In this document: in pieces, positions 1 to 11,749 of the stretch
How the letters are laid out: each line of letters opens with the position of its first letter
How positions within the stretch are numbered: position 1 is the first letter of the stretch
NCBI GenBank assembly: GCA_951406725.2
Contig: OX597816.1
Coordinates: 35,774,001 to 35,838,000, forward strand
Direction: 5' to 3'
Origin: Octopus vulgaris
Lineage: Eukaryota
DNA: 64,000 nt
Notes under the pieces: model-generated
What the model saw: the letters and a program-made list of their open reading frames with translations, nothing else
The model's database searches: none
Told to the model about the DNA's origin: nothing
Program-made: the position numbers and the translations under genes

Positions 1-393
1 TTTTGATTCAGATTATTGCTTATCCTTCCTTCTTTGGTTAAATCTTAAATTTACAGCTGGGCGTTGAGGAACACCGCAGTAGACACCTTCTCTCGGTGGT
101 GATGCGCTCGCCATTTCCACACCCTCTAACATCTATCCTGATGTACAATATCTACCTACCAAACCTTTGTGTTCAAAAACAATTCCTAAACAGTATTCCT
201 ACTCTCCCTGTGAATATGAATGCATTATACTGAACTTTTGTTAAATAGCTTCCTCCCCTCCCTAGTTCATCTTCCTTTTCTTTTCTTTTATCTCATTTTC
301 TGCCTCTCTTATAAATATATCTCTTTTACTAGTTTTTTAAAAATACTTTTAAAATTTTATTTATTTATTTATTTATTTATTTCTGATAATTCC

Positions 394-513
394 GGGTTGG
401 TGAAGGGAGCTTAGCGCTCATCACTTATAAAATGTTCCAATGGATTGCGCAAGAACTCTCATCTGACAGTCAAGCCCGAATCCTTCGCCAAACCAACAGG
501 CGAAGAATGGGAA
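394..513 (+). ncRNA. Candidate degenerate HDV-like ribozyme at the element 5' end
   Basis: P1 GGGTTGG(394-400)/CAAGCCC(471-477); P3 ACT/AGT around loop CTCATCTGAC; P1.1 TC/GA; GGCGAA with C501; P2 TTCCAAT(435-441)/ATGGGAA(507-513). Folded by eye, imperfect. Confidence 0.4.
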
Positions 514-729
514 AATATAAGTATATGGCAACTTCAGTTAACCAGTGTTACGGATAGGCTGCACTCATTAGCCTTGGATTGCAAACAGCCTTGGAGAAGG
601 GAGCCTCTGAGACCAAAACCTTGAGAGCAAGGCCCCTGCCGCCTTGGTGGACTACTTTTATAGATATGTTGTCTCGATAAAAATACCTGTTGGTACTAAC
701 CTAAAAGCACACTTCATTTGTGAGAGAAA

Positions 730-3465
730 ATGTCAAGCAAAATAGACGACGTTAACAGTGAAGGTTCCGCACCCGTCAGGTACCCAACTTTGCAGCAGGG
801 TGAGCCCGGTCGTAATGCAGCATCTGCTAGCCATGCAAGAAGACACAAGTGGAGTAAACAAGTAAGCATGATGGGTATAGAGTGTTACTACCAGGGCACC
901 CCAGTAGATGCGAATAATGAGCCTGTCAGAGGGTACAGAAAACGAATGCCCAGGGAATCGAAGACAATGGAACTGTTTAAAATTAATGAACAGATATTAT
1001 GTGACCAAGTAAGAGCAATACGAAAGAATGGATGGCTAGCAGAACCGGAGCTAGAAGTTATTAAAAGAGGGCTATCGGGTGATGCTGGGCAGGCGAGAAA
1101 CGAAAGTGGTATAGTGGAAGTGATGGACAGTTGTTCGAAAGAAAATATTGCCGTGAATTATTAAAGAACTGAGATCAGTGACAACTCAGACAATGACAAT
1201 CAATTAATAATAGACAGAAGTTTTGATCTATTAAATACAGATCGGACAGAATCTATGTGTGACTTTAAAATAGCTAATCAAGAGGTGAGTGATCTCAATA
1301 ATGTATTGAGACACATTGAAACAAAGAATATTACATAAACAAATAATATTATCTAGGCTGCTGGTAGGACTGTGGCGAAAAGAATGGTTTTGAAAACTGC
1401 TGAGAATAGAACAGCGACGGATAGGAGAGGAAATAAACAATCGTGTTGGAAAAGGAGACTTTTTGAAGACATAATCTCCTTGAACATTGCAGTATCAATA
1501 CTTTTTAGGAAAAGAAATGGAGAACGTAAGAATGAATGGGAATCCTGAAAATTTAGGAAGAAGGACTGTGTAGATACAGAAGGCCTGGATATTGTAATTG
1601 AAGAAATGTAGTAACGCATACATGCAAAAAAAAAGAGGGAGAGAGAGAGACAGAGAGAGAGAGGGAACTAGGTTTAAACAACGGATTAAGCAATACCAGC
1701 AAAACATTGTTTAGAACCGACTAAAAAAGATTTCAACAAGAAATTAATGTTGATAAAAACGTGATGCTGTTGCTGATAAATACTTTTCTGTGGAAAGATA
1801 TGGAGTAAACAAGAATACGATAATACTACAGCTGAATGGCTGTGCAGCCTGAAACAAACAGCTTCTTATCCCTAGCAAGTAATTATCCACTTCACAGGAG
1901 ATAGTATCAGAAATATGAGTTAAAATTTAAGAAATTGGAAAGCAGTAGGACTTCATGGTGTACAGGGATTTTGCATTAAAAATGTTTAGTAGATGCCATG
2001 ACAGAAGACGACGTTGTTGTGCCTGAGGGATGCTCTCAAAGGGAAATGCAGCTGACAATTACAGACTTGCCTCTCATTAATGTGGAAGTTACTGTCAGAT
2101 GGAATTGCAGAAGAACTGTATAAATTTCTTGATGGGAAGATACATTACCGCCGGAACAAGAAGGCTATAGAAGAAGAGGAGAGGGGTACCAAAGATCAAC
2201 TACTGATACACAAACTGGTAATGCAAATCTTAAACGAAGGTGACAAATCTGGGACTGTCCGGGATTGAATATTGCAAAGCTTATGACATGATTCCACATC
2301 CGTGCATCCTCGAGAACTTAGGATCTGTTTTGAGTTGCGAGGAATGTAACGTGTTTCTTGAAGAGAGGTATTGTGGGATGGAAAACTGAAATGACATCTT
2401 ACGGAAAAAGCGAGGCACTATGAGTATCAGAAGAGGAATTTTCCAGGGTGATAACCTATCACCACTGCTTTGTGTTCTCTGTATGATACCCCTGACCTTG
2501 GTACTTTGGAAAATTAATCTCGGGTGTCAACTAAAGGAGAAATCCGAAGCAATCAACCACCTCTTCTTCATGGATGATTTGAAATTGTATGCCAAAGATG
2601 GGACACAAGTGAGTTCGTTGGTGAACACAGTCCACTCCTTTAGTACTGATATTAGAATGGAATTTGGATTGAAGAAGTGCGGAATAATCTACCAGCTAAG
2701 GCAAGGTATAGTCCCTAGCAAGGATAAAATTACCAAATAGAGGCTTGATTAAACAAATTGAAGCGGAAGGATACAAATACCTTGGGACACTAGTGTTCTA
2801 CGAGATAATGGGAAAGGAAATGAAAAAGCAACTGAGGACGGAGTATTTCCGAAGAATGAAGCTGGTGTTGCGCTCAAAATTGATTGAATGGAATAAAATC
2901 CAAGCAGTTAATACGTGGGTGATAGCATCACTTCTGTATGGAACAGTAATTATAAAATGGTGAAAGAGAAATGAAGAAAATGGATACCAAGACCAGAAAA
3001 ATGTTTACAGTACACGGAGCCTTCCACCTTAAAAGTGACACCGAAAGATTGTACTTGTCTAGAAGACGGTGAGAGAGATTTGATCAGTTGCCAGGACTGT
3101 ATCGTAGCAGAGGAAAAGAGCCTCAGGTGGCATATAAAATGCCGTTAAGGCACTGTTGAAACACATGAAGATGGACGGCGTCATCAAAACAGAAAATTGT
3201 GTAACTAAAGAAAAATTTATATAAGATCTCAACAAAAACAAAACAAAAAGGAAAAGCATGGAAGGAAAAATGTATGGTCAGTTTGCAAGAAATGTGAACG
3301 CCATGACAGATATAAGGGACCGAAGATAGAAACAGAAGCACTCATATGCACAGCTCAGGAACAAGCATTAAGAACAAACTATATGAAGTGCAGATTGGAC
3401 AACACTACCGATCACCGGACCAGACATCGGAACCCGGATATTGTTGTGGTGGAAAAGAAAGAAAG
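730..3465 (+). pseudogene. Frameshifted, stop-ridden ORF of the Dong/R4 element (reverse transcriptase)
   Basis: Collinear fragments in ORFs 730-1164, 2080-2268, 2420-2740 and 2745-2963, separated by stops and frameshifts. Confidence 0.85.
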
Positions 3466-3470
3466 AAAAA

Positions 3471-3492
3471 AATAATGATAATAATAATAATA

Positions 3493-3527
<35 letters not shown>
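3471..3527 (+). repeat. (TAA)n microsatellite at the 3' end of the Dong/R4 copy
   Basis: Direct reading. Confidence 0.95.
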
Positions 3528-3528
<1 letters not shown>

Positions 3529-3964
3529 GCTAGACGCAATATTAAAACAAAAAGGAGAAATTCAATTGCCATTCATAGTGACTGAGGGTCCATGGTAGCA
3601 GCTACACTGCTAGAAATAAGAGTCAAAACCCTGATAGCCACAAACATAGCACAGGTCTATGTAATGACAAGACAGTTGACAGTCTCACAGCGAGCGCAGA
3701 TATTAAATTGGCAAGCCAAATTCGCTTGAAATTAAAGTTCATCAGTAGTACTACTCCATTACTGATAATTAAGTAAAATCCAAACGATCAGTATACAGAC
3801 ATTACCGTAAGAGTCAATAGCTTATCCAGCCGAATAGTACTGCGAAACTTATACAATAATACATGTAGCTAGACACAAACTTGTGCTATATATATATATA
3901 GGGGTGATGAATGATAAAACGTGTAAACATATTTACATATGTGTATCTGTCTGTATATTCGTAC

Positions 3965-4006
<42 letters not shown>

Positions 4007-4008
4007 AT

Positions 4009-4052
<44 letters not shown>

Positions 4053-4088
4053 GTATGATATATATATGTGTGTGTATATATATATTTA

Positions 4089-4331
4089 TATATTGTATAG
4101 AGGGCATTATTACACATAAATGCCTCACACTAAGAGGGACATAAGTCATTACTACCAAAATTTCACTAATCGTACCTAATGCAGTTTTCGAAGCAAGACA
4201 TTTAAAAAATGAATTTAAATGTCTTGCTTCGAAAACCGCATTAGGTACGATTAGTGAAATTTTGGTAGTAATGACTTATGTCCCTCTTAGTGTGAGGCAT
4301 TTATGTCTAATAATGTCCTCTATACAATATA
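4089..4331. repeat. Near-perfect long palindrome (118-bp arms, 7-nt loop)
   Basis: 4089-4206 is the reverse complement of 4214-4331 with about 3 mismatches; loop AAATGAA. Confidence 0.95.
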
Positions 4332-4529
4332 AATTAATATTTTCAAAAGAAAAAAATATTTTCGAATTTTTCTCTTATGAGGTTTTTCACGCTAACTACC
4401 TGATAATTTCTTGTTAAGATTCCTTATTAAGAAGTTATCCTTAATTGTTAAATATATATTTATATATATATATATATATATATATCTACATATATATATA
4501 AATATATATATATTTTTATATATATATAT

Positions 4530-4564
<35 letters not shown>

Positions 4565-4565
<1 letters not shown>

Positions 4566-4679
4566 CACGTGATCACGTGACCGACCAGACCATCAGATGT
4601 TGCTACACATCGCTGGTCACAATACGATCGCATTGTTTTAGCCTTCGAATAACGCCACCCCACTTGCTAAGCGAACAGG

Positions 4680-4683
<4 letters not shown>
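4565..4683 (-). mobile_element. 3' tail fragment of a SINE embedded in (TA)n
   Basis: Near-identical to 15870-15988, which continues into a tRNA-like head; ends in TCACGTGATCACGTGA. Confidence 0.75.
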
Positions 4684-4749
<66 letters not shown>

Positions 4750-5404
4750 AGTAAGTAGAGAATAATGTAAATACATTACGAAGGATATATAAATAATTAA
4801 GAGTATTTCCGTATATATCAATGGCCAAACATATTAAACTGTCGTCTGGTCACATGGGAATTAGGATCCACAACTTGAAAATAATTTATTAATTCCCTCT
4901 TGCAATTTCAGTTTTAAGGTCCACTGATGAAGAATCAACATTAAAGCGCCAAATTAAAGGACGAATCCACATTTAACATCTCTACACCTATATTGTTTTT
5001 ACTGGCTTGTTTTGTTCTTACTGTCCTGTTCTTGTTACCACTTTGACACTTCCGCAAAAAAATCCCAAATTTTATTTAATTTGCTTTGCGGGAAGGACTG
5101 TTTCAAGAAGTCACGTCTTGTCCTTATCGCTGAACGCGGAGTAGATAAAAACAGGGACAACTCAAGAAGGGGAATATTGCTTGTGTCGTATATCTTGTAC
5201 TCGGATCTTTCGTTGTTTGGAAAAAAAATTCGTTTCCATGTTTTCGTTTCGCATTGTGTTAAACGTTTTTTGATGTCCTTTACCCATATTTGGATGTATA
5301 TATACATATAGATGTAGGTATGAACATATATGTATGTATATATGCATATATTTATATATTTTTTATATTATCTGATCGAACGCCATGCATCCTTTTCCAA
5401 GTAA

Positions 5405-5454
<50 letters not shown>

Positions 5455-5562
5455 CATATATATATATAAGTATATATTGATATATAGATATAGATATAGA
5501 TATATATAAATAGATAGACAGATAGACATATATGTGTGTGTATGTGTGTGTGTGCGTGAGTA

Positions 5563-5602
<40 letters not shown>

Positions 5603-5680
5603 CACGGCAAAAATTTGCATCGATCCTAATATAATATAACAGTAACAACCATAATAATTACAGCCGATAATTTGTCTTAC

Positions 5681-5757
5681 CTTCGAAGCTTACTGTCTGG
5701 ATATATCATCATTGATGCAATACAAAACAAATCCATGCAACCAGTGCAATATTTGAC
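5681..5757 (-). CDS. Candidate internal exon of an unidentified host gene ([25 protein letters not shown])
   Basis: Acceptor cttttctttcttacatcag, donor AAG|gtaaga, one open frame, non-repetitive sequence. Confidence 0.3.
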
Positions 5758-5897
5758 CTGATGTAAGAAAGAAAAGTATATATCTGTAGACAAAACTGAA
5801 AGTATCCATTTACTTGTGTGCAAAACTTTTACACACCATTTGAGCATCAAGTAAAAAGAAAGAATTTCCTGCACTAAGGGATTTTTCTGACAGTTAC

Positions 5898-5966
5898 ATT
5901 GTCTATCGTCTGTATCAACATTTTCAACATATTTATTACATAGCTAACACATTTTGTCATCTCAGG
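5898..5966 (-). CDS. Candidate internal exon (PEMTKCVSYVINMLKMLIQTIDN)
   Basis: Acceptor gatttttcggatag, donor AAT|gtaact; 69 nt, phase-compatible with the exon at 5681-5757 across a 140-nt intron. Confidence 0.22.
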
Positions 5967-6321
5967 CTATCCGAAAAATCAATCATAACAAAATGTGGTA
6001 CAAAATTTTGACATTAAAAAAAACATACATTCTTCTATACCAATATTCCTGTCTCATCAGAAGACACAACTAAAACGCCAAGATTTGCTTAAAATATCTA
6101 CAATGGATTTTCATTAAGATTTCACGCTAACAACTTAGTGTCAAACACAGACGCCTTTGCACGGCCGAAAAATTTTTATTCTTCATTTGGTAGGGAGGAA
6201 AGAGAGGTAATCAAATGTTAAATCTGATTTCAGGATTTCAAATTAAGCAGGAACCCTTCCCCTTCCACACGGCCTGTAATGAACTACTTGAAGTCACATT
6301 AATGGATACTACATTCCTTGC

Positions 6322-6409
<88 letters not shown>

Positions 6410-6584
6410 ATTCGAGACAAAACCACTATTTTAAAATCAAACAAGGAAAGACTTAATTAATACATAACATTTTAATATAAATTAAATAAACCGCCACTAC
6501 AATTATATTATATAATATTTTACTATAAAATTGGATTTAATCCTAAATCTGATTTTTCCCTCTAATTTTGGATTCATTCCCTAA

Positions 6585-6653
<69 letters not shown>

Positions 6654-6684
6654 TCTATTTTCTCTCCTTGTTTATTTCTGTGCT

Positions 6685-6721
6685 CCTTTCTGTCGAAGAG
6701 CATAGGCTCGAAACCTAAAGG
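6685..6721 (+). ncRNA. Minimal hammerhead-like motif, U6 core variant, within a ~160-bp pseudo-LTR-like repeat (6650-6808)
   Basis: CCTTT-CTGTCGA-A-GAGC-ATAG-GCTC-GAAAC-CT-AAAGG; stems I and II pair, cleavage triplet degenerate. Confidence 0.5.
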
Positions 6722-6974
6722 TCTTTCTCACTTCACGAGCGTTAAACTAATACATTTGTTTGTTGTTTACACACCAGTCTTCGTCTTTTTTTCGTAAATT
6801 CTCACTATATGTGTGTGTGTGTGTGTCTGTGTGTGTGAGTGCGCATGTGTGTGTGTGCGTGTGTGTGTGTGTGTGCGTGCGTGAGTGTGTGCTTTCGATG
6901 CGAATTGTTTTGTTATACGGTCCCGTGTTTTACAATCCTGTAAATAATAATAACCGTATGCTTATTAGCTTAAA

Positions 6975-7211
6975 GGGCGGCGAGCTGGCAGAATCGTTAG
7001 CACGCCGGGCGAAATGCTTAGCAGTATTTCGCCTGCCGTTACGTTCTGAGTTCAAATTCCACCGAGGTCGACTTTGCCTGTCATCCTTTCGGGTTCGATT
7101 AAATAAGTACCAGTTACGCACTGGGATCGATATAATCGACTTAATCCGTTTGTCTGTCCTTGTTTGTCCTCTCTGTGTTTAGTCACTTGTGGGTAGTAAA
7201 GAAATAGGTAT
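6975..7211 (+). mobile_element. tRNA-derived SINE, family B (Meta-domain-like centre)
   Basis: Head GGCGGCGAGCTGGCAGAATCG..GAGTTCAAATTC; centre TCATCCTTTCGGG.TCGAT..AAGTACCAG; multiple copies in window. Confidence 0.85.
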
Positions 7212-7213
7212 AC

Positions 7214-7590
7214 ATATAAGCTTAAAGCTTATGGCGTTCACCCTGCAATGACCAAGGAAAGTAGTCTAATGAGCCCTTAACCATATGCTTTAAGCTTATA
7301 TAAATAATATCATTATTATTTTTAGGATTGTGAAAAACGACACCGTATAACAAAACCATACGTACCAGAAGCATATAGAAAGTTATTTACTTTTTACACA
7401 GAACAAATATGAACTAATATTGTTGTTAAATTTGTCAAAAACAGGGCGGCTAATTCGCTTGTGTAAATATAACACAGTCGCCGTAAAAAGCGATGTGGTT
7501 TCGAGTCCCACGGGGATCGGAATGACTTCTTTTATTAGACTATTTTCCTTAGTCATTGGACGGTGATCACCATAAGCTTTGAGCTTATAT
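7214..7590. repeat. Nested inverted repeats (MITE- or pLTR-like)
   Basis: 7214-7270 is an imperfect reverse complement of 7534-7590; a shorter inverted copy lies at 7281-7301. Confidence 0.75.
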
Positions 7591-7769
7591 AAATACCATT
7601 ATATATATATCAAATGTGAGGATAAAATTCTTTTCGAAAAAAATTATTTTTTCGAAAAAAATTTCATCAATGGGCTGGAGTATTTCTATTTTGGATGTAT
7701 TTGCCCATGACTTAGTATTTGCTTCTTCCATGGGTATGAGTAAGTATCTCATTTATTTATTTTGCCACA

Positions 7770-7827
7770 TGTATCACTGACGAAGAGAGGGCTCTTAGTA
7801 GCTAACTCTGAAATCGGTCCGATATGG
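7770..7827 (+). ncRNA. Minimal type I hammerhead ribozyme motif (canonical core)
   Basis: GTATCA-CTGACGA-AGAG..CTCT-GAAAT-CG-GTC-CGATAT; near-palindromic stem III (ATCGGT), one mismatch in stem I. Confidence 0.7.
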
Positions 7828-7970
7828 TAATAATGGAATGCTTTAGAAATTTCTGTCGACCCTTTTTCGAGTAGCGTGCGTATTGTGAAAAAAATATATG
7901 GTTAATGGACAATATGTCCAATTTTTCGGCATATTTGGCATTAGAATTTTTTCCTTTGCCCTCATTTATG

Positions 7971-8056
<86 letters not shown>

Positions 8057-8619
8057 CAGGCAAAATAGACAGTTATAAATCTCAAGACGAGATAGATTAA
8101 TACGTATGAGCAGCAAAGCAAGTAGCCACATGTAAGTGGCAGATGGATGTTACTACTAGTTGAACCCCATGGCGAACTCTTCATCAGCTGGTTTTCGGTG
8201 CAATCTCTGCACCCTTATATACAATACGTTGCTAGGAGAGAGAGCGAGCCCTTACTACCCACTAGTAGCGGACAGGATCACCGGACCTGCCAGTTCATTT
8301 ATTAGATTATTATTCAGTTGCTTATTCCACGTGTAATACCTTCCTTTTCAATATGTTCGTTGTTGACAATTGTAAGTGCAGTGCAGGAAATTAGAGAGAA
8401 ATATACTTCTTTGTTATTGGGAGTTTTAAGTTTTTCTCATTATTTACAAGCGAATATCTAAATGCATATTTATAAATTTATATTTGTGATAATACTTCAT
8501 CGGGAAATGCACATGATCCTCAGACTGAATTTGACAAAAAATGATATTGCATAAAAGGAAAAGAAAAGAAAAGACAATGCCCCATCCCAAAATAAACGTA
8601 TTTCTAAAAATATTTTAAA

Positions 8620-9350
8620 AAAATATCAACAAGTGTATGGTCGAGAGAGGAGGCTTCATTCAAAGTAGCCAACCTCAGCTTACATCACGGCTTCAAGATG
8701 GGTGCAGAACCTGGAGCATGCATCCCTTACTGTGTTAGTGGAGAGATCTCCGAACAGCTACTTCGTCTTACAACACTAGTTCGATTTTCATGTTACTGGT
8801 TGGTGTCTTTCTCAAAGTTGTCCCTCTCATTGTAATCTGTGGGATTATAATGAGGTAAATTAGGAGGGCAGATATTAAGGATAGTAAAGTCGTAGTAATT
8901 CCCAGGGAGTTATTTCTGAAACTTTCCTGAAGTATAGCAAAGACTCAAATCCTGCTGCCGCATATGTATTCTTCCAGCAGCAATCGTCTCCAACCAGGGC
9001 TTGACCACAATCACCAGCAACTTCACATAGCCGTTTTTATTGAGACTACTTCCATGTTCAAAGATGTGGGGATTACGTTTGACTTGCAGACACAGCAAGA
9101 ACGTCTGCTATGACCCATATGGCCACGGCTTTATAATCTTCGGTGGGGCAGTCCATGTCACATCTTACAGTCTTTGCCGTGTCTACAGGGCATCGATCAG
9201 CAGCCATGATTTCGGCATTTTGATATCCAGAGTGAATTATCATGATACAATCAACTCTTTAGGTGGCTTTCAGTCCTCTATGTCTACTAACTTTTTCTCA
9301 AATACAAGTTTAAGCGTTATGCTCTCTAACGCCATTGACGTTTCACTAAA
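8620..9350 (-). mobile_element. Decayed Tc1/mariner-superfamily transposase remnant (maT-like)
   Basis: HMRQQDLSLCYTS resembles WQQDSAPCHTS; CPPNLPHYNPTDY resembles WPPNSPDLNPLDY. Confidence 0.65.
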
Positions 9351-10244
9351 ACGTCAAGCTATTCCTGAAAAGGGGATATAAAAAATCGTGAAATTTAGCC
9401 CGAAAACCCACTAATAAATCTCATACAGTATCGGAATTGTTATTGGTTAAGTGGTTAAGATAATGTCTAATACTTCGAACAATAAAATGCAGTAACATGT
9501 TTAAGTAATCATTCAACAATGCTGTTCTAATTTTTTAATCCTTATGACACCATATGACACATATTTATCCATATGCTATTATGTTCTGGTGACATTCCAA
9601 ATAATTTGCTATCAAATTAACATTGAAATATTCCGCGATAATCGTTTTTAGAAATCGATAGGATTTTTTGAAGACCTTAAATATTAAATTGTTGACCTCT
9701 AGTGAATTTTAGCATACTAGAATACAATAAACAACTGCATTGATATTTTGTTTTTGTGCATTTACTTGTGCATTTACAAATACTCTATTTGATAATTACA
9801 TTAAATAGAAATAAGCGAGTTGTATGTATTCGATTCAGTCAATTGCACATTTGCTCTTTCTATCTTGTATATTACTTTGTAAAATGAATAAAATAATTGA
9901 ATGAAAACTACTCACGGTAAAAGGAATTATTTCAGAGTTCAAAATGGCACATCTTTTTCATTAGATTTTATATTTTTTTACCAATATTAATAAAAATGTC
10001 AGAAGGAGCAATACTCCATTTAATGTTTGCTTACATGCAATACGAGATAAATAAATACATTATTTTTTATTATATTAGCGCTTGATTGGTGGTAAAATAT
10101 AATCGATAGTCTTTCCACTATGCCGCAAACTACAGCAATGATATAAATTTCCATAGTATCCTATTTCATAATAATAACAGTTAAAATATATTCAAAGATT
10201 TTACTCATCAGTCGATCTTCATTTCATTCAATATCATCTAAATG

Positions 10245-10458
10245 TTAGAGTGGATACCATGCGGATTTCGATTGGCTATTAACATTAATAGCGTTCATTT
10301 TAGTTACTAATGAAAACGGTCCGTTTACAACACAATTTTTCACACCCTCTTCTGAATGTGCACAACGGTGAACCCATACTTGTATATATTGCCGGGTCAA
10401 CTTAAAGCTACTGTTGTACACAGTGCTAAGTTTACTATTGTTAACGTCCAGTTTATAT
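10245..10458 (-). CDS. Candidate terminal exon of an unidentified gene (..RQYIQVWV..SKSAWYPL*), weakly C2-domain-like
   Basis: Open 70-codon non-repetitive frame after ttggcag; the ending WYPL* resembles the last strand of C2 domains; no further support. Confidence 0.25.
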
Positions 10459-10564
10459 CTGCCAATGTTTTCAAACATTGCACAAATTTTAAGAAAATAG
10501 AATCACTTGCATTGGCTTATGCCATTCTGACGCTCAGTAAATATCTAATAATCTTTTCTATTAT

Positions 10565-10750
10565 GGGCACAAGGCCTGAAATTTGGGGGAAGGAAAAGTG
10601 CGATTTCCGCGACCTCAGTACTCAGATGGTACTTATTTTATCGACCCCGAAATAATGAAAGGCAAATTTGGCCGCGGTGGAACATGAACTCAAAGGGATA
10701 ATGCCGCAAACATTTTGCCCGATGTGCTAACGATTCTGCCAGTTTGCCAC
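10565..10750 (-). mobile_element. SINE family B, diverged
   Basis: GGTACTTATTTTATCGACCCCGAAA..GCTAACGATTCTGCCAG. Confidence 0.75.
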
Positions 10751-11252
10751 TTTAATAAATATTTAATAATGAATATATGATCACTATGCCATACACACAT
10801 GCATACATATATAATTACTTAGGAATATCTATTGGCCATTGATACGAAGTTTACAAATCCTCTCACCAAGATACAGTTTCAGTTATATACCTATTGCTAT
10901 TGGAGCAACATAATACATCCCAAATCGCCTGGAGCAAGGTATTCTTTTGTTCGTTTACTTGTCTCTGTCATTTGATTGCGGCCATGCTGGAGCTCTGCCT
11001 TGTGTTTAAATTTGAATTTTGGAAGATGTAAGGGCGTCTCTTTATTTCCTATGCTACACATTAACACGATATTTGAGTCAATACAAATATACAAGACCTT
11101 AAATTTTGAAAGATAGTGCACAAAAGAAGATCCTCTCCGTTACAACCTTGCTACTAAGCAGACGGCTGTTTAAGATTAAGTCTATATGTAAATGAGAAAA
11201 ATGATTGACACACACGCGTGCATATACCTATATGTATGTATGTATGTATGTA

Positions 11253-11656
11253 TTCTCTTTTACTTGTTTCAGTCATTTGACTCTGGCCATGCTGGAGCAC
11301 CGTCTTTTAGTCGAGCAAATCGATCCCAGGACTTATTCTTTGTAAGCCTAGTACTTATTCTATCGGTCATTTTTGCCGAACCGCTAAGTTAGGGGAACGT
11401 AAACACACCAGCACCGGTCGTCAAGCGATGTTGTGGGGACAAACACAGACACACAAACATATACACACATGTACATATATATACGTATATGCGACGGGCT
11501 TCTTTCAGTTTCCGACTACCGAATCCACTCACAAGCTTTTGGTCGGCCCAAGGCTATAGTAGAAGACACTTGCCCAAGGTGCCACGCAGTGGGACTGAAC
11601 ACTGAACTATGTGGCTCATAAGCAAGCTACTTACTACAAAGCCACTCCTACGCCTA
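11253..11656 (-). mobile_element. tRNA-derived SINE, family A, full length with internal microsatellite
   Basis: Reverse complement of AGGCG.AGGAGTGGCT.TG..GTAAGTAGCTTGC..GTTCAGTCCCACTGCG..TGACTGAAACAAGTAAAAGAG; many copies in window. Confidence 0.88.
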
Positions 11657-11749
11657 TATGAATAATTTTATTACAAAATCATAAATCATTTTAAATTTAT
11701 ATATACATATATAAGTATAATCCTTGGATGGAATTTATAAACAGTTAAT

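Larger units (their letters stand above)
394..3470 (+). mobile_element. Decayed Dong/R4-clade non-LTR retrotransposon (RT + restriction-like endonuclease), 5' end present, internally deleted and 3'-truncated
   Basis: N-terminal R4-type segment (KWSKQ..IECYY..GYRKRM..EQILCDQVRAIRKNGWL); RT motifs GIFQGDNLSPLL, NHLFFMDDLKLY, MEFGLKKC, YKYLG; start of RLE (PDIVVVEKK, ~3433-3460); followed by (TAA)n. Confidence 0.88.

Noticed and set aside
4921-4980. Isolated CTGATGA (also ~6054-6060 minus, ~20913, ~24355)
   Set aside because: No stem II followed by GAAA; a 7-mer is expected by chance.
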